Source: a virus (lineage: Duplodnaviria > Caudoviricetes). Taken from it: a DNA stretch of 57,497 nucleotides. The stretch spans positions 1 to 57,497 of IMG/VR virus record IMGVR_UViG_3300020582_000009. One strand, written 5' to 3'. Of this stretch, positions 18,171-28,199 are shown one piece after another (position 1 is the stretch's first letter; every line of letters begins with the position of its first letter). The position numbers and the translations under genes are program-made. The notes beneath the pieces were generated by a model. That model was not told the origin of the DNA, did not search any database, and saw only the letters and a list, made by a program, of their open reading frames with translations.

Positions 18171-20828
18171 ATGGCAGATAACGCTTTATCCCCACAGGAC
18201 CGCGATATTGTCGCGCGGACCATGCTTTCGGAAGCGGGTCAGGATGGCCCGCAAGGCATGGCAGCCGTGGCGGCCGTCATTAAAAACCGCCTGCAATCGG
18301 GTCAATATGGCGCTTCGCCTTCCGAAGTGGTTCAGCAGCCCAACGCCTTTTCGGCATGGTCGCTGCCGAAAACAGATTCCAACAATCCGTCGAAATGGTC
18401 GCCGAAAAGCCCTCAGTACCAGCAAGCATCGTCGATTGCCGATTCGGTATTTTCCGGTCAGATTCCCGATCCGACGGGCGGCGCTTCGCATTATTTGAAT
18501 CCAGCCATCGTAACCGCGCAAAAAGGCAAGTTGCCGGATTGGGCACAAGGCCAGCCCACGGCGATGATCGGCAAGCACGCATTCTATGCGCCGACATCGT
18601 CACCACAAATGCTGGCATTCAATTCGCCATCGCAATCGGATATCGACGATACAGCCGGTTTGTTCGGTCTGAAACCGAAAGCGGCGATTCCTGCTCCGCA
18701 ACAATCGACGACACCACTGCCGCCTGCGGCCTATTCCGGCATCTCGCCGATGGAAACGGTTGTCTCGCCATCGGACATTGCTGACACGGCCAAAGTTTTA
18801 GGATTGAATCCTGGAGCACCAAAAGCCGCATTGCCCACCCCAATGCAGCCGGCGCCGGAAGCGCAGTCGCGCTTGCCTTCCGACCAAGAAGCCATCGCCC
18901 AAGCGCGTGCCAAGACAATCGGCTTTCCCGACGCGGTCGCGCAAGGTATGCCAGTTGTCGGTCCGGCCCTCAGCGGTGCGGAATCCGCGACTGGCGCTGC
19001 CATTAGTCCGCTTTTGGCCGGCAATCCGAATAATCTTGATTACGCTTCGCGCTTCAATCGCGAATGGAATATCAATCAAGAGGCGCAACGGCTCTATAAT
19101 GAACAGTATCCTTATCTCTCGACCGCCGGAAATCTTCTCGGTGCGGGGCTGGCCACGGGGCCGTTCGCACAAACCACGTTGGGTGCAGCAGCGCTCGGCT
19201 TGCCGAATGCGACGCGGCTTGGTGCTACCGCTGGCGGCCGACTTTATACCGGCGCTTTGGGTGGTGCGACGATCGGCGGAGCAGATTCAGCCTTGCGTGG
19301 CGACAGTCCGATTACCGGCGCAGAAGTTGGCGGCGTGCTTGGTGGCCTTGGACCAATCGCGGCGGAAGGCATTGGCGCGACCATAGGCGCCGGCCTCAAT
19401 GCTTTGCGCGGCGGTCAAGGTGCTTTGACCGATGTAAACCCGATTGCACGCAATTGGCTTTCGACTGCGCTCGCCAACGAAACGCCGGCCTCAATCGCCG
19501 CGGCGCGCGCGCGCATGGGGCCGCAAGGTTTTCTCGGCGATCTCAATCCCGCCATGACCGAACTGGCGGCGGGGATTGCCAATCGCGCCGAACCGCCAGC
19601 AAGTTCGATCGTCGGCGAAGCCTATCGCACGCGGCAAGCGGCGCAGCGCGGCGTTATCGAGGATTCTTTGAATCGCAATATCGGCAATCCGGTTGATATC
19701 GAAGATTTCAAGGGGATGATCACCGAGAATCAAAAAGCCGCCGCGACACCGCTCTATCAGCAGTTCCGCACCATGCAGGTGCATCCGACGCCGGAAATTC
19801 AAGCGCTGATTCCACGATTGGACGCGGCCGGCGCTTTCGATCAGGCATCCAAACTCGCCGGCATCAATGGCGATAGTGTGAACCGGAATTTCTTCGTCGG
19901 AGGTCCGCAGAAAGCATTCCCGACGACGCAAAGCTGGGACTACATCAAACGGTCCTTGGATAGCAAGATCGATCAAGCCTATAACGGCGGCGATAACACG
20001 ACGGCGCGGGCCTTGATCGGTTTGAAAAACGACGTGATCAATGCCGTGGGCAAGACGCCTGCCGGCCAAGTCTGGAATCAGGCGCGGTCCGAATTTGCCG
20101 ATCGTGCCGCATTGCTCGATCAGATAGATGCCGGGACCGATACTTTCCTTGGTGGACGATCAGGAACGACGGCCTCGCAACTGCGGCAGGAATTACAAAG
20201 CTTGAATGGTCCCGAGCTCGCCGCGCGCATTGTCGGACTGCGCAATGCCGCCGACCAGGTCATGGGCGCTACGCAAAATGGTGACACGACGTTGCGTAAC
20301 AAATTTCTGGCGCCGAACAATCAGGAGAAGCTTCGCCTGATGCTCGGCGATCAGCGTGCGCAGGATTTGACCGATACGATGCAACAGCAGGAATATCTGT
20401 CGGGTCAACAGCGTTATGTGAATCCGCGGGCGGGCTCCGCCACGGCGCCGCGCAATGCGGCGATTTCGGCGCTCGATGCGCCGGCATTGCCGCATTGGAA
20501 TCCCAATCTGACCGAGCCGCTGTCTTTCATTCCGCCGTCATGGATCGATGCATTGCGGCCTTCGACGGTGCTTCAAGGTGGCCGTGATGCGAGCTACGCG
20601 GGCGCGCGACAGCAACTTGCACCATTGCTCACACAGCAGGAAGGACCGGGACTTTCGGCTTTGCTGGATGCGATCAGAGCGGAGGCGGTAGGGCGCGGCA
20701 ACGCTCTGGCGCGGGGAAACATGGCGCGGACATTGACGGGAGCGGCAATTGCGGGACCGCTGTCGCAGGCGCTTCGCATGCGGGGCGGCTTTTCGACATT
20801 GCCTGCTCTATCCGGGCCTGCACAATGA
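18171..20828 (+). CDS. Large ejection protein with N-terminal SleB-like cell wall hydrolase domain
   Basis: ARTMLSEAG..GM.AVAAVI.NR..VV.QP..FS.W..DPTGGA.HY.NP..IG.H.FY; rest Ala/Gly-rich and helical. Confidence 0.85.
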   Translation: MADNALSPQDRDIVARTMLSEAGQDGPQGMAAVAAVIKNRLQSGQYGASPSEVVQQPNAFSAWSLPKTDSNNPSKWSPKSPQYQQASSIADSVFSGQIPDPTGGASHYLNPAIVTAQKGKLPDWAQGQPTAMIGKHAFYAPTSSPQMLAFNSPSQSDIDDTAGLFGLKPKAAIPAPQQSTTPLPPAAYSGISPMETVVSPSDIADTAKVLGLNPGAPKAALPTPMQPAPEAQSRLPSDQEAIAQARAKTIGFPDAVAQGMPVVGPALSGAESATGAAISPLLAGNPNNLDYASRFNREWNINQEAQRLYNEQYPYLSTAGNLLGAGLATGPFAQTTLGAAALGLPNATRLGATAGGRLYTGALGGATIGGADSALRGDSPITGAEVGGVLGGLGPIAAEGIGATIGAGLNALRGGQGALTDVNPIARNWLSTALANETPASIAAARARMGPQGFLGDLNPAMTELAAGIANRAEPPASSIVGEAYRTRQAAQRGVIEDSLNRNIGNPVDIEDFKGMITENQKAAATPLYQQFRTMQVHPTPEIQALIPRLDAAGAFDQASKLAGINGDSVNRNFFVGGPQKAFPTTQSWDYIKRSLDSKIDQAYNGGDNTTARALIGLKNDVINAVGKTPAGQVWNQARSEFADRAALLDQIDAGTDTFLGGRSGTTASQLRQELQSLNGPELAARIVGLRNAADQVMGATQNGDTTLRNKFLAPNNQEKLRLMLGDQRAQDLTDTMQQQEYLSGQQRYVNPRAGSATAPRNAAISALDAPALPHWNPNLTEPLSFIPPSWIDALRPSTVLQGGRDASYAGARQQLAPLLTQQEGPGLSALLDAIRAEAVGRGNALARGNMARTLTGAAIAGPLSQALRMRGGFSTLPALSGPAQ

Positions 20829-21078
20829 GCGCCTTCCAGGTTCTCTCGCATGCCGGAAAATCCGCAAGCGGTTCTGGATCGTCCGACCACCACAACGATC
20901 GCCGCTGCGGTCCATCGTCAGTTTGCGTTTGCCAATATTCGGCTTCCAGATCGGCAAGAATTCGCCGTCGCGCGGAATCCAGAATATTCACGCCGTAAGA
21001 ATGCTGAAAGCCGCGCCGAATGCCGGAAATGATCGTGATGCCGGCATAGACGGCAATAAATGGCCAATTCAGTTGCAT
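20674..21078 (-). CDS. Antisense hypothetical protein with N-terminal hydrophobic segment
   Basis: Last ORF of the antisense cluster; 3' end overlaps the ejection gene, so its extent is doubtful. Confidence 0.4.
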   Translation of the reverse strand: MQLNWPFIAVYAGITIISGIRRGFQHSYGVNILDSARRRILADLEAEYWQTQTDDGPQRRSLWWSDDPEPLADFPACERTWKALIVQARIEQAMSKSRPACEAPATAVPQLPLPSMSAPCFPAPERCRALPPPL

Positions 21079-21320
21079 GGCTTTGTCCGACTATCGGTCC
21101 AGGCTTTTTCTTTCGCCTTCAATTCTTCGGGCTTAATGCCGGCCATCAAATAAGTGCGCAGCTGTTCTTCGATCCGCTTTGCAAAACCAGTTTGATCCGT
21201 AACGTATTCCTGCGGAATAGAGCAATGCGGCGACGCCAATACATAAAGCGAACTACGCATTTGATCGATCTCGGCAAGCGTGTAGCGATATTCGATGGCA
21301 GGCGGATTATCGAGCGGCAT
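21069..21320 (-). CDS. Antisense hypothetical protein (MPLDNPPAIEYRYTLAEIDQMR..)
   Basis: AAGGAAAG upstream; protein-like 83 aa. Confidence 0.6.
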   Translation of the reverse strand: MPLDNPPAIEYRYTLAEIDQMRSSLYVLASPHCSIPQEYVTDQTGFAKRIEEQLRTYLMAGIKPEELKAKEKAWTDSRTKPCN

Positions 21321-21465
21321 GTTTGAATCTTTCCTTGTGCTGTTGTCTTCGCCAAAACTCGAAATAATTTCCCAATAGCGGTTCGCGTTTCGGTGCACTA
21401 TGAGGATAAAGTCGGAAGCGAACCACGACGTAACCCCATGCGATGCGTGCGAAGCTGCGCATGTT

Positions 21466-21828
21466 CTACCTCCAAGGCCAAACCGGCCAAATCTTTTCCA
21501 TCGGAGTCGGCATCTTGCCGGGTCCATCGCCGGACCACATGCCGGCTTCATTCGGATAGCACTGATACTCGCCTTCGCAGGTAGGATCGTCGCCCGGCCG
21601 TGCGGGTGCGCCGAAATAATAGCCGCAATACTTGCACAACCAGCGCCGATGCACATCGCCGCCGCCATAGGCGCGGAATGTGTCTCGCGCGGTGCAACGC
21701 GGACAATCGAAGCGATTAGGTGTGAATGTCGAACAAAAGTAATGGACATACGAGTCCCACTGAGTCCATCTGCGGTCGCGCCGCATTTCGATCTTGTAGA
21801 ATTGCGCCAGCGGATGCGAATCGCTCAT
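21466..21828 (-). CDS. Antisense zinc-ribbon protein
   Basis: CPRC...CKYCG motifs. Confidence 0.6.
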   Translation of the reverse strand: MSDSHPLAQFYKIEMRRDRRWTQWDSYVHYFCSTFTPNRFDCPRCTARDTFRAYGGGDVHRRWLCKYCGYYFGAPARPGDDPTCEGEYQCYPNEAGMWSGDGPGKMPTPMEKIWPVWPWR

Positions 21829-21951
21829 AGTGGCTTTCGGGGTTGGGTGTGAGTGGTTTTTGTCGGTGTGGCTTGCGCGAGCGGGCGTGAGCGAAACAAG
21901 ACTGCAGAGGAAAAGCCTTCGCGAAAGCATCGCTGCCTCAAAGGGGAAGCC

Positions 21952-23850
21952 TTGAAAAGATTCGGCTATCTTAGCGTCGTTATCGCTTTCGCGCTATGGG
22001 CTTTTGGGTTTTCCCAAGCTCTGGCGCAAGGTACGATATTACCTCCCGGCGAAACCTGTTTTTCAGCTTTGGCGCCGACTTCCGGAGGACCAGGCGGTAC
22101 AGGAACCGGCTTTGTCGGCCTCTTGGGCACGATCACGGCCGGGACCGGCGGCACGACCGGGACCTATGGCGGCGTTCTCCTCACTGGCGGCCATGGCACG
22201 GGCGCCACGGCCAATATCACGGTGTCGGGCGGCGGAGTGACCGCCGTCGCGATCCTCAGTCCAGGCGTCTCCTATGTGGCCGGAGACGTGCTTTCAGCGG
22301 CGTCCGGCAATATCGGGAACGTCTCCGGCTTTTCGGTTCCGGTTTCCAGCGTCGCCATCAACCAGTCCTTGGCCGGCGGCACGGTCGCGTTCTATGTGCC
22401 CAATACCAGCACATTCAAGCAGACGTGGTTCAATGCCGATCTCGGATCGAATCACCAGAACACCAATCCGGTCACGCTCGATGCCAACGGCTGCGCCATC
22501 ATCTATGGCTCGGGAATCTATCGGCAGGTCCTGGAAGATTCGCTCGGCAATATCATCTGGGACCAACTGACGGCTTCGACCAATCAGAACAATCCCTATT
22601 GGGCGAATCTGGCCGGCGGAACGCCGAATGCCATTACGGTCACGGATACTGCGTTCGCGGCGATTGACGGCCAGATCATCGGTTTCATTCCGCTCTATAC
22701 CAACACTGGCGCGACGACACTTGATCCGTCAGGCTACGGCGTCTACCCGATCGTCAAAGACACTTCGACCGGAGCGGTGGCGCTCACGGGTGGCGAGATT
22801 GTCGCCAATTCGCCCTCGAATGTGGTCTATGTTTCATTCTCGGCGTCGCAGCAGAATTTTCATATCATCAATCTGGTGCAGACGGCGGGTTCTGTCGCCT
22901 CATCGGTTTCGATCACGCCGCAAGGTTATCTGAATCTCGTCGGCGTCGCCAGCGGTGGTCCGATCCAGGGCGCTTCCGATGTGACCGGAGCGCAGACGGT
23001 CTATTACAGTCCCTATGTGGGCAATCAGGTTCCAGTCTGGAATGGATCTTCGTTCACGATCCTTCCGTTTGCCGAATTGCAGATCGCGCTTTCGTCGGCG
23101 CAATCGGCCAGCACGATCTATGACGTATGCATCTTCAATAACGCCGGGACCGCCGTCGGCGTTTTTGGGCCGGCATGGTCCAGTTCAGTCGCGGGGTCCA
23201 GTACGCGCGGCACCGGGGCCGGCTCCGCTCAAATCCAATATCAGAATGGCGTGCTGGTGAACTCGTTCGCGATCAATGCCAATAACGGATCGAACCCATA
23301 TACGATTCCGGCGCTCGAATGTACCTACGTCGGTTCGATCTATGTGGACGCGACGCAAGGGCAGGTCAGCAACTATCGGACATGGGGACAAAGCCGCAAA
23401 TGGGGAATCTGGAATCCCTATAATTGCGTGCCGATCTATTTGCAGGCCGGAGATTCCACATCGTCATGGAGTTACACGACCAATAAGACGTTGCAGCCGG
23501 CCAACAACAATACTGCTAATAGTCTGACCGTGTTCAGCGGCCTGCCGAGTCAGATTTACGATCTTGAGGAAACCCAGCTTGTGGGAGTTTCGGCGAGCGA
23601 GGCGGATAACTTTCAGATTGGCATCGGCTACAACGTGACCAATGCCGCGTCGGGATTTTCACCGACATTGCTGTCACCGGCCGTTACCGCAAGCGGAGGA
23701 ACTGAAAATGCATTGGCGATCTATCTGGCTCCTCCTTCGCTTGGCATTAATACCGTGACGGCTCTCGAAGCCGCGTCGTTTGGCGGCGGGACGCTTACCT
23801 TTCATGGGACGATCGCCAATATGCTTCTCTCGGCGAAGTGGTGCGGCTGA
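21952..23850 (+). CDS. Tail fibre/tailspike with virion-attachment domain, preceded by a Sec signal peptide
   Basis: RBS AGGGGA then TTG; MKRFGYLSVVIAFALWAFGFSQALA|Q; LAGGTVAFYVPNTSTFKQTW..NTNPVTLDANG.AIIYGSG.YRQV..D..GN.IWDQLT podophage attachment motif; 6 Cys. Confidence 0.82.
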   Translation: MKRFGYLSVVIAFALWAFGFSQALAQGTILPPGETCFSALAPTSGGPGGTGTGFVGLLGTITAGTGGTTGTYGGVLLTGGHGTGATANITVSGGGVTAVAILSPGVSYVAGDVLSAASGNIGNVSGFSVPVSSVAINQSLAGGTVAFYVPNTSTFKQTWFNADLGSNHQNTNPVTLDANGCAIIYGSGIYRQVLEDSLGNIIWDQLTASTNQNNPYWANLAGGTPNAITVTDTAFAAIDGQIIGFIPLYTNTGATTLDPSGYGVYPIVKDTSTGAVALTGGEIVANSPSNVVYVSFSASQQNFHIINLVQTAGSVASSVSITPQGYLNLVGVASGGPIQGASDVTGAQTVYYSPYVGNQVPVWNGSSFTILPFAELQIALSSAQSASTIYDVCIFNNAGTAVGVFGPAWSSSVAGSSTRGTGAGSAQIQYQNGVLVNSFAINANNGSNPYTIPALECTYVGSIYVDATQGQVSNYRTWGQSRKWGIWNPYNCVPIYLQAGDSTSSWSYTTNKTLQPANNNTANSLTVFSGLPSQIYDLEETQLVGVSASEADNFQIGIGYNVTNAASGFSPTLLSPAVTASGGTENALAIYLAPPSLGINTVTALEAASFGGGTLTFHGTIANMLLSAKWCG

Positions 23851-25898
23851 TGCGCGTCGTCAGGATTGTAGCACTGTTGTTTGGACTTGTATTTGCGTCA
23901 TCGCATGCGCATGCGCAACTTTCGCAGACGGCGCTTCAAACTCTCATTGCCAATAATCTTCCTTCGCAATCCAACGGCGCCATTACCCCCGCTATCATGG
24001 TGGCGACGCTCGATCAGATTGCATTATCCTATAATCAGTCCGGATCAGCATGTGCTACCGGCACGCTTTCCCCGTTCCAGCCGTTTACCAATACCGCCGT
24101 CACTACGGCGACGACCTATGGCATCTACAATCCGACGACATCGACATGCCTGAATTTTCTTACGTTTAATCAGACCACCGGCGGATTCGGTTTCTCGCCA
24201 ACCCCAACTGTCTCAACGTCGGCATTTTCATTCAGCGTCACACTCAACCCTACGACAACGCTGGTTACGCCAGTTCTTTTCATCGAAAACCTGACCGGCT
24301 CGGCGTCGTCAACCGCTTACACGATGCAGGTTGGCAACAACAATGACAATTTGAACGATCCGAACGGCTTGTTCATCGGTTATTTTCAAGATGTTGCCAA
24401 TGGCGCCAGTCTGACCGGCAATCGTACGGTTGTTCAGTCGTTAATGGATTTTAGCCACACATCCTCCAATTCGGGCACGACTTTTTACACCGCCAACGGG
24501 ATGTGGGCATACGCCTCGGCGGCGGATGGCGGCAATCCGAATCTGGCCGGCGGCAATACCGTCTGTTCTTTGCTCGCCGGCGCGACTGGATGGACCGAAT
24601 GCGAGTCCTTTGAGGCCGATGTGAGCATTGGCGCAAGTGCCTCTGCGACCGCCAAAATGGGTATCAATATCGTTCTCCTTGGCACCGGCGCTCCTTCTCC
24701 GCTCGCTCCCGATCGCACACAGGCGACTTATAGTCTTGGTCTTGATCTGGTCGCGGAGGACACCTCGACGCCGGGGTTTAAAACCGGAATCTCGTTCGGC
24801 AATCCTTTTGGTTATTGGCCAATTGCCACGACAGGAACGATGATCGGAACGACCGCTCCTATTACGACTGACGCATATGCGGCGGCTTACGGAGTGGATT
24901 TTAACAACGTCGTTTTCAGCACAGCCTTTCTGCGCGCCAATAATGGTGTTGCCGGCACCGTGGGTTTTCTTGAACAGAACGGCGCAGCGACGCTGTCACC
25001 CAATCTCGGCGCCGCGCCGAACGCAACGGCAGATGCGATCGTTCTATCCGATACAGTTGTCGCTGCTGCGGGCAATCAGCAATTTAGCCCCGCACTCCAT
25101 TTTATCGGACAGGGTTGGAAAACGAACGCCACGGCTGCCTCGCAGCAGGTCGAATATATCAATTATCTTGTTCCAGTTCAGGGCACCGCCAATCCAATGG
25201 CGAACCTTGTTTGGGCCTATCAGAATAATGGCGGTGGTTACAATACGGTTGCCACGCTGACCGCAGACAATTATGCGGCGGGTTTCGGAACTTTCATCCT
25301 TAATGGCACCAACGGATCAGCGTTTTCTCTGGAAGTGGCTGGCACGGAAGAAGGTCGTTTCCTTTCGTCGGTAGGTTCGTTCGGGGTTCAGGTATCGAAC
25401 GGTGGCACGTTAATTTTTAGCACGGCAGCAGGCAATCGGAATTTTGCTCAGTTCGCCGGCAACACAAATTCAGGCGGCGAATTCCAATTTGTCAATGCGC
25501 CGACTATAGCCTCAGCCAGCGGCGCTACGCTCGATGAAATCAACATCGAAGCCGAGACGCAGACGATTTCCGGCTCGACCAATATCACGACCGCGGCCGG
25601 CTTCAACATCATGTCGATCTATCGCTCGACCTATGTGGCATCAAGTGCCATCACCATAACCAATGCGGCGTCGCTCGCCATCGCGAACTGCCCGCTCGCC
25701 GGCACTGATATCACGATCACCAATTGCTATGCGCTATGGGTGCAAGCGGGTGCTTCAATGTTTGCCGGCACAGTCAGTTCGACGGCGGGTTTCATCGCCA
25801 ATGGAAATACAGGCATAACTCAAACCTGTACCGTCAATCAGGCGAAGACCCTTGTTTTCACACTGGGCATCCTCACGAGTGGATCATGCAATTCATAA
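23850..25898 (+). CDS. Fibre-like beta-rich protein with Sec signal peptide
   Basis: MRVVRIVALLFGLVFASSHAHA|Q; Thr/Ala/Gly/Ser-rich; 8 Cys in four neighbouring pairs. Confidence 0.78.
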   Translation: MRVVRIVALLFGLVFASSHAHAQLSQTALQTLIANNLPSQSNGAITPAIMVATLDQIALSYNQSGSACATGTLSPFQPFTNTAVTTATTYGIYNPTTSTCLNFLTFNQTTGGFGFSPTPTVSTSAFSFSVTLNPTTTLVTPVLFIENLTGSASSTAYTMQVGNNNDNLNDPNGLFIGYFQDVANGASLTGNRTVVQSLMDFSHTSSNSGTTFYTANGMWAYASAADGGNPNLAGGNTVCSLLAGATGWTECESFEADVSIGASASATAKMGINIVLLGTGAPSPLAPDRTQATYSLGLDLVAEDTSTPGFKTGISFGNPFGYWPIATTGTMIGTTAPITTDAYAAAYGVDFNNVVFSTAFLRANNGVAGTVGFLEQNGAATLSPNLGAAPNATADAIVLSDTVVAAAGNQQFSPALHFIGQGWKTNATAASQQVEYINYLVPVQGTANPMANLVWAYQNNGGGYNTVATLTADNYAAGFGTFILNGTNGSAFSLEVAGTEEGRFLSSVGSFGVQVSNGGTLIFSTAAGNRNFAQFAGNTNSGGEFQFVNAPTIASASGATLDEINIEAETQTISGSTNITTAAGFNIMSIYRSTYVASSAITITNAASLAIANCPLAGTDITITNCYALWVQAGASMFAGTVSSTAGFIANGNTGITQTCTVNQAKTLVFTLGILTSGSCNS

Positions 25899-26368
25899 AA
25901 ATAGCTATGCTTTTTCTATCGCTCGCTCATGCTGAGGATGCATCCAAACCGGCAGCCCTTACCTATGAACAGGTCGAGTCTGTGCTGGCTGGCCTTATGG
26001 GTCTTGACAAAGGAACCGATCAAATTGCCAAGGACGGTGCACAAGAACACGTAGTTCACCACGCCTTCAATCTCGGCGAGGGCTTGCGGGTCCAAAACGG
26101 TTTGCTGGAAGCACGGTTGCTGGACGCCGATCGGACTTATACTCAGGCCAAGAACGCGCTGGTGCGCCAATACGCGGACGGCGGCGATAAGGTGCCTGAT
26201 AAGAACAGGATCGAATTCGAGGCGGCAGCGCAGAAGTTGGCACAGACATCATCCGGCCTCGTCCCCCCCCATTTCAAAATGGAGGAACTAAAATTAAAAG
26301 ATAATCCGGATATTACGTCATCAATCATCGCATTGTTGCAGCCTATCATTGATGAGACATCGCAATGA
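25886..26368 (+). CDS. Helical protein with short signal peptide, fibre-chaperone position
   Basis: MQFIKIAMLFLSLAHA|E; charged helical body ending I..SIIALLQPIID. Confidence 0.65.
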   Translation: MQFIKIAMLFLSLAHAEDASKPAALTYEQVESVLAGLMGLDKGTDQIAKDGAQEHVVHHAFNLGEGLRVQNGLLEARLLDADRTYTQAKNALVRQYADGGDKVPDKNRIEFEAAAQKLAQTSSGLVPPHFKMEELKLKDNPDITSSIIALLQPIIDETSQ

Positions 26369-27867
26369 CCATCCACAAACGCTTGATGTTTCTTGCGACC
26401 TTGGCGTCTTTCGCGCTGGTATTTCTTTGCTTTGGCGCCAATGCAGAAACCATCACTATCACAGGTTCCTCGGGAGGCAGCGGAGGTGCCGTCTCATCCG
26501 TCACCGGCACAACCGGCCAAGTCACCTGCACCCCGACCACAGGCAATGTGATTTGCTCGCTGCCTTCGACGATCACGGAAGCGCTGACATTCGCGCCATC
26601 GGGCGGCCAAGAGTTTTTCTCCGTCTCTGGTGCCACGGGCGGAAACGCCACCACCACGATCTCGCACAGCACGACTTCCACGAGCGACCAGCAATGGACC
26701 GTTGTCAACGATAACGGCACTGACAGCACGATCATCTTCACCAATGGATCGGCGCGAGATAATACCACTATCGTCCGGCAGGCCAGCACGACAGCGATCG
26801 AGGCCACGGGGTCAGGACTATATCTAGGAACATCAACGAGTACCGCGCCGGTCATTTTATTTGCTGGCGGCGTCGTGAATGGGACTAACAATGCCATCAC
26901 GGTTTCTAGCCCGACCGCGATTGCGTTCAATCAGTACACGACACCCGGCGTGATCGTAAATGATTCCAGTGGCAATCTCACGTCGTCTACCGCGCTTGCG
27001 CTGACTAGCGCAGCGATTGCTCAGGGATCAATTACCACAAATCTTAAAGGTCTGAATCTGACTGCCACGTTCAATGCGGCAGGCACGACGTTCGATGCTC
27101 CACTGTTCGAGAACATCACTAATACGGCGAGTGCGGCAGGTAGTCTGATCGCGGACCTACAGGTTGGCGGTGTCAGCACGTTTAACGTTGGCATAGCTCC
27201 GTCATCTAGCGGTCCTCTGGTGTTAATAAATGCTACTGGCGCGGCCCCTACAACATTAGGCGTATTAAATTCTACGGGGCTTCAGATCACCGGCAACAGC
27301 ACGGCTGGCGGAAGTGTCGTGCTGGATGCAATAGGCACCACAGCAAACATAACTATAAATCGGATTAATGGTAGCGCGGCATCGCCGACTGCAATAACCT
27401 CGGCTCAAACGATATCTAATAACGTATCTGGCGGCTACGATAGTTCAGCAATTGGCGTGGGGGTTGAACTACAGGCCAAGTCCATCAACGCGTGGACCAC
27501 TAGCGATCACTCCGCTTACCTCGGCATCTTCACTGTGGCGGGGACCACGACGACGCTTTCCGAAAAAGTCCGTTTCCAAGGTTCGGGCGGCGTGACCGTG
27601 GGCAATGGTGTTATAGCGACTGATCCAGGGGCATCGAATCTCTTGGTCGGAGGCAATATCGCGATTAAAGCCACGGGACAGACGCTTGCGGCTGGCGAAC
27701 TTGGTATGGGCGAAATTACCGCTTCGGGAAGCGCACCCGGCGCCAGCAGCGCCAAGATGGAATGGGTCACCGGGACGAATGCCAATACATGCAAGCTGAT
27801 CGCCTATGCTGGCACGTCATCAACGCCAGTGACCATTGTGGACAACGTCGGGGCAGGCTGCACATGA
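26365..27867 (+). CDS. Fibre-like protein with Sec signal peptide
   Basis: MTIHKRLMFLATLASFALVFLCFGANA|E; VSSVTGT.GQV..PTTGNV..SLP and EKVRF..SGGV.VG fibre motifs; 4 Cys in mature part. Confidence 0.78.
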   Translation: MTIHKRLMFLATLASFALVFLCFGANAETITITGSSGGSGGAVSSVTGTTGQVTCTPTTGNVICSLPSTITEALTFAPSGGQEFFSVSGATGGNATTTISHSTTSTSDQQWTVVNDNGTDSTIIFTNGSARDNTTIVRQASTTAIEATGSGLYLGTSTSTAPVILFAGGVVNGTNNAITVSSPTAIAFNQYTTPGVIVNDSSGNLTSSTALALTSAAIAQGSITTNLKGLNLTATFNAAGTTFDAPLFENITNTASAAGSLIADLQVGGVSTFNVGIAPSSSGPLVLINATGAAPTTLGVLNSTGLQITGNSTAGGSVVLDAIGTTANITINRINGSAASPTAITSAQTISNNVSGGYDSSAIGVGVELQAKSINAWTTSDHSAYLGIFTVAGTTTTLSEKVRFQGSGGVTVGNGVIATDPGASNLLVGGNIAIKATGQTLAAGELGMGEITASGSAPGASSAKMEWVTGTNANTCKLIAYAGTSSTPVTIVDNVGAGCT

Positions 27868-28199
27868 AAAAACTGTTCCTCGCACTTTGTTTGGTCGCTG
27901 CTTTTGCGCCAGCACAGGCATCCGGTCCGGTCCCGGCTGTCAATACCGATATGGGCTGTACGGCGACAGGGCAGGTGGTTCAATACAACGGAAGCTCACT
28001 TTCTTGCAGCGCCCCACAGCGCCCGTTGGCAACAGTAGGCTCCGGCGCAAGCCAATTGCCGACATGCAATTCCGGCACCAAGGGCGCCATGTATATCGTT
28101 ACCGATGCCCTGACCCCGGTTGCCATAGCGACCGTTGTTGGCGGCGGTTCGGTTTCCATCGGCGTGACGTGTAACGGCACGAACTGGATCGTACAATGA
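27864..28199 (+). CDS. Small fibre-tip-like protein with Sec signal peptide
   Basis: MKKLFLALCLVAAFAPAQA|S; LPTC..G.KGA..IVTDA..VVGGGS..V.CNGTNW.V; 4 Cys in mature part. Confidence 0.75.
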   Translation: MKKLFLALCLVAAFAPAQASGPVPAVNTDMGCTATGQVVQYNGSSLSCSAPQRPLATVGSGASQLPTCNSGTKGAMYIVTDALTPVAIATVVGGGSVSIGVTCNGTNWIVQ

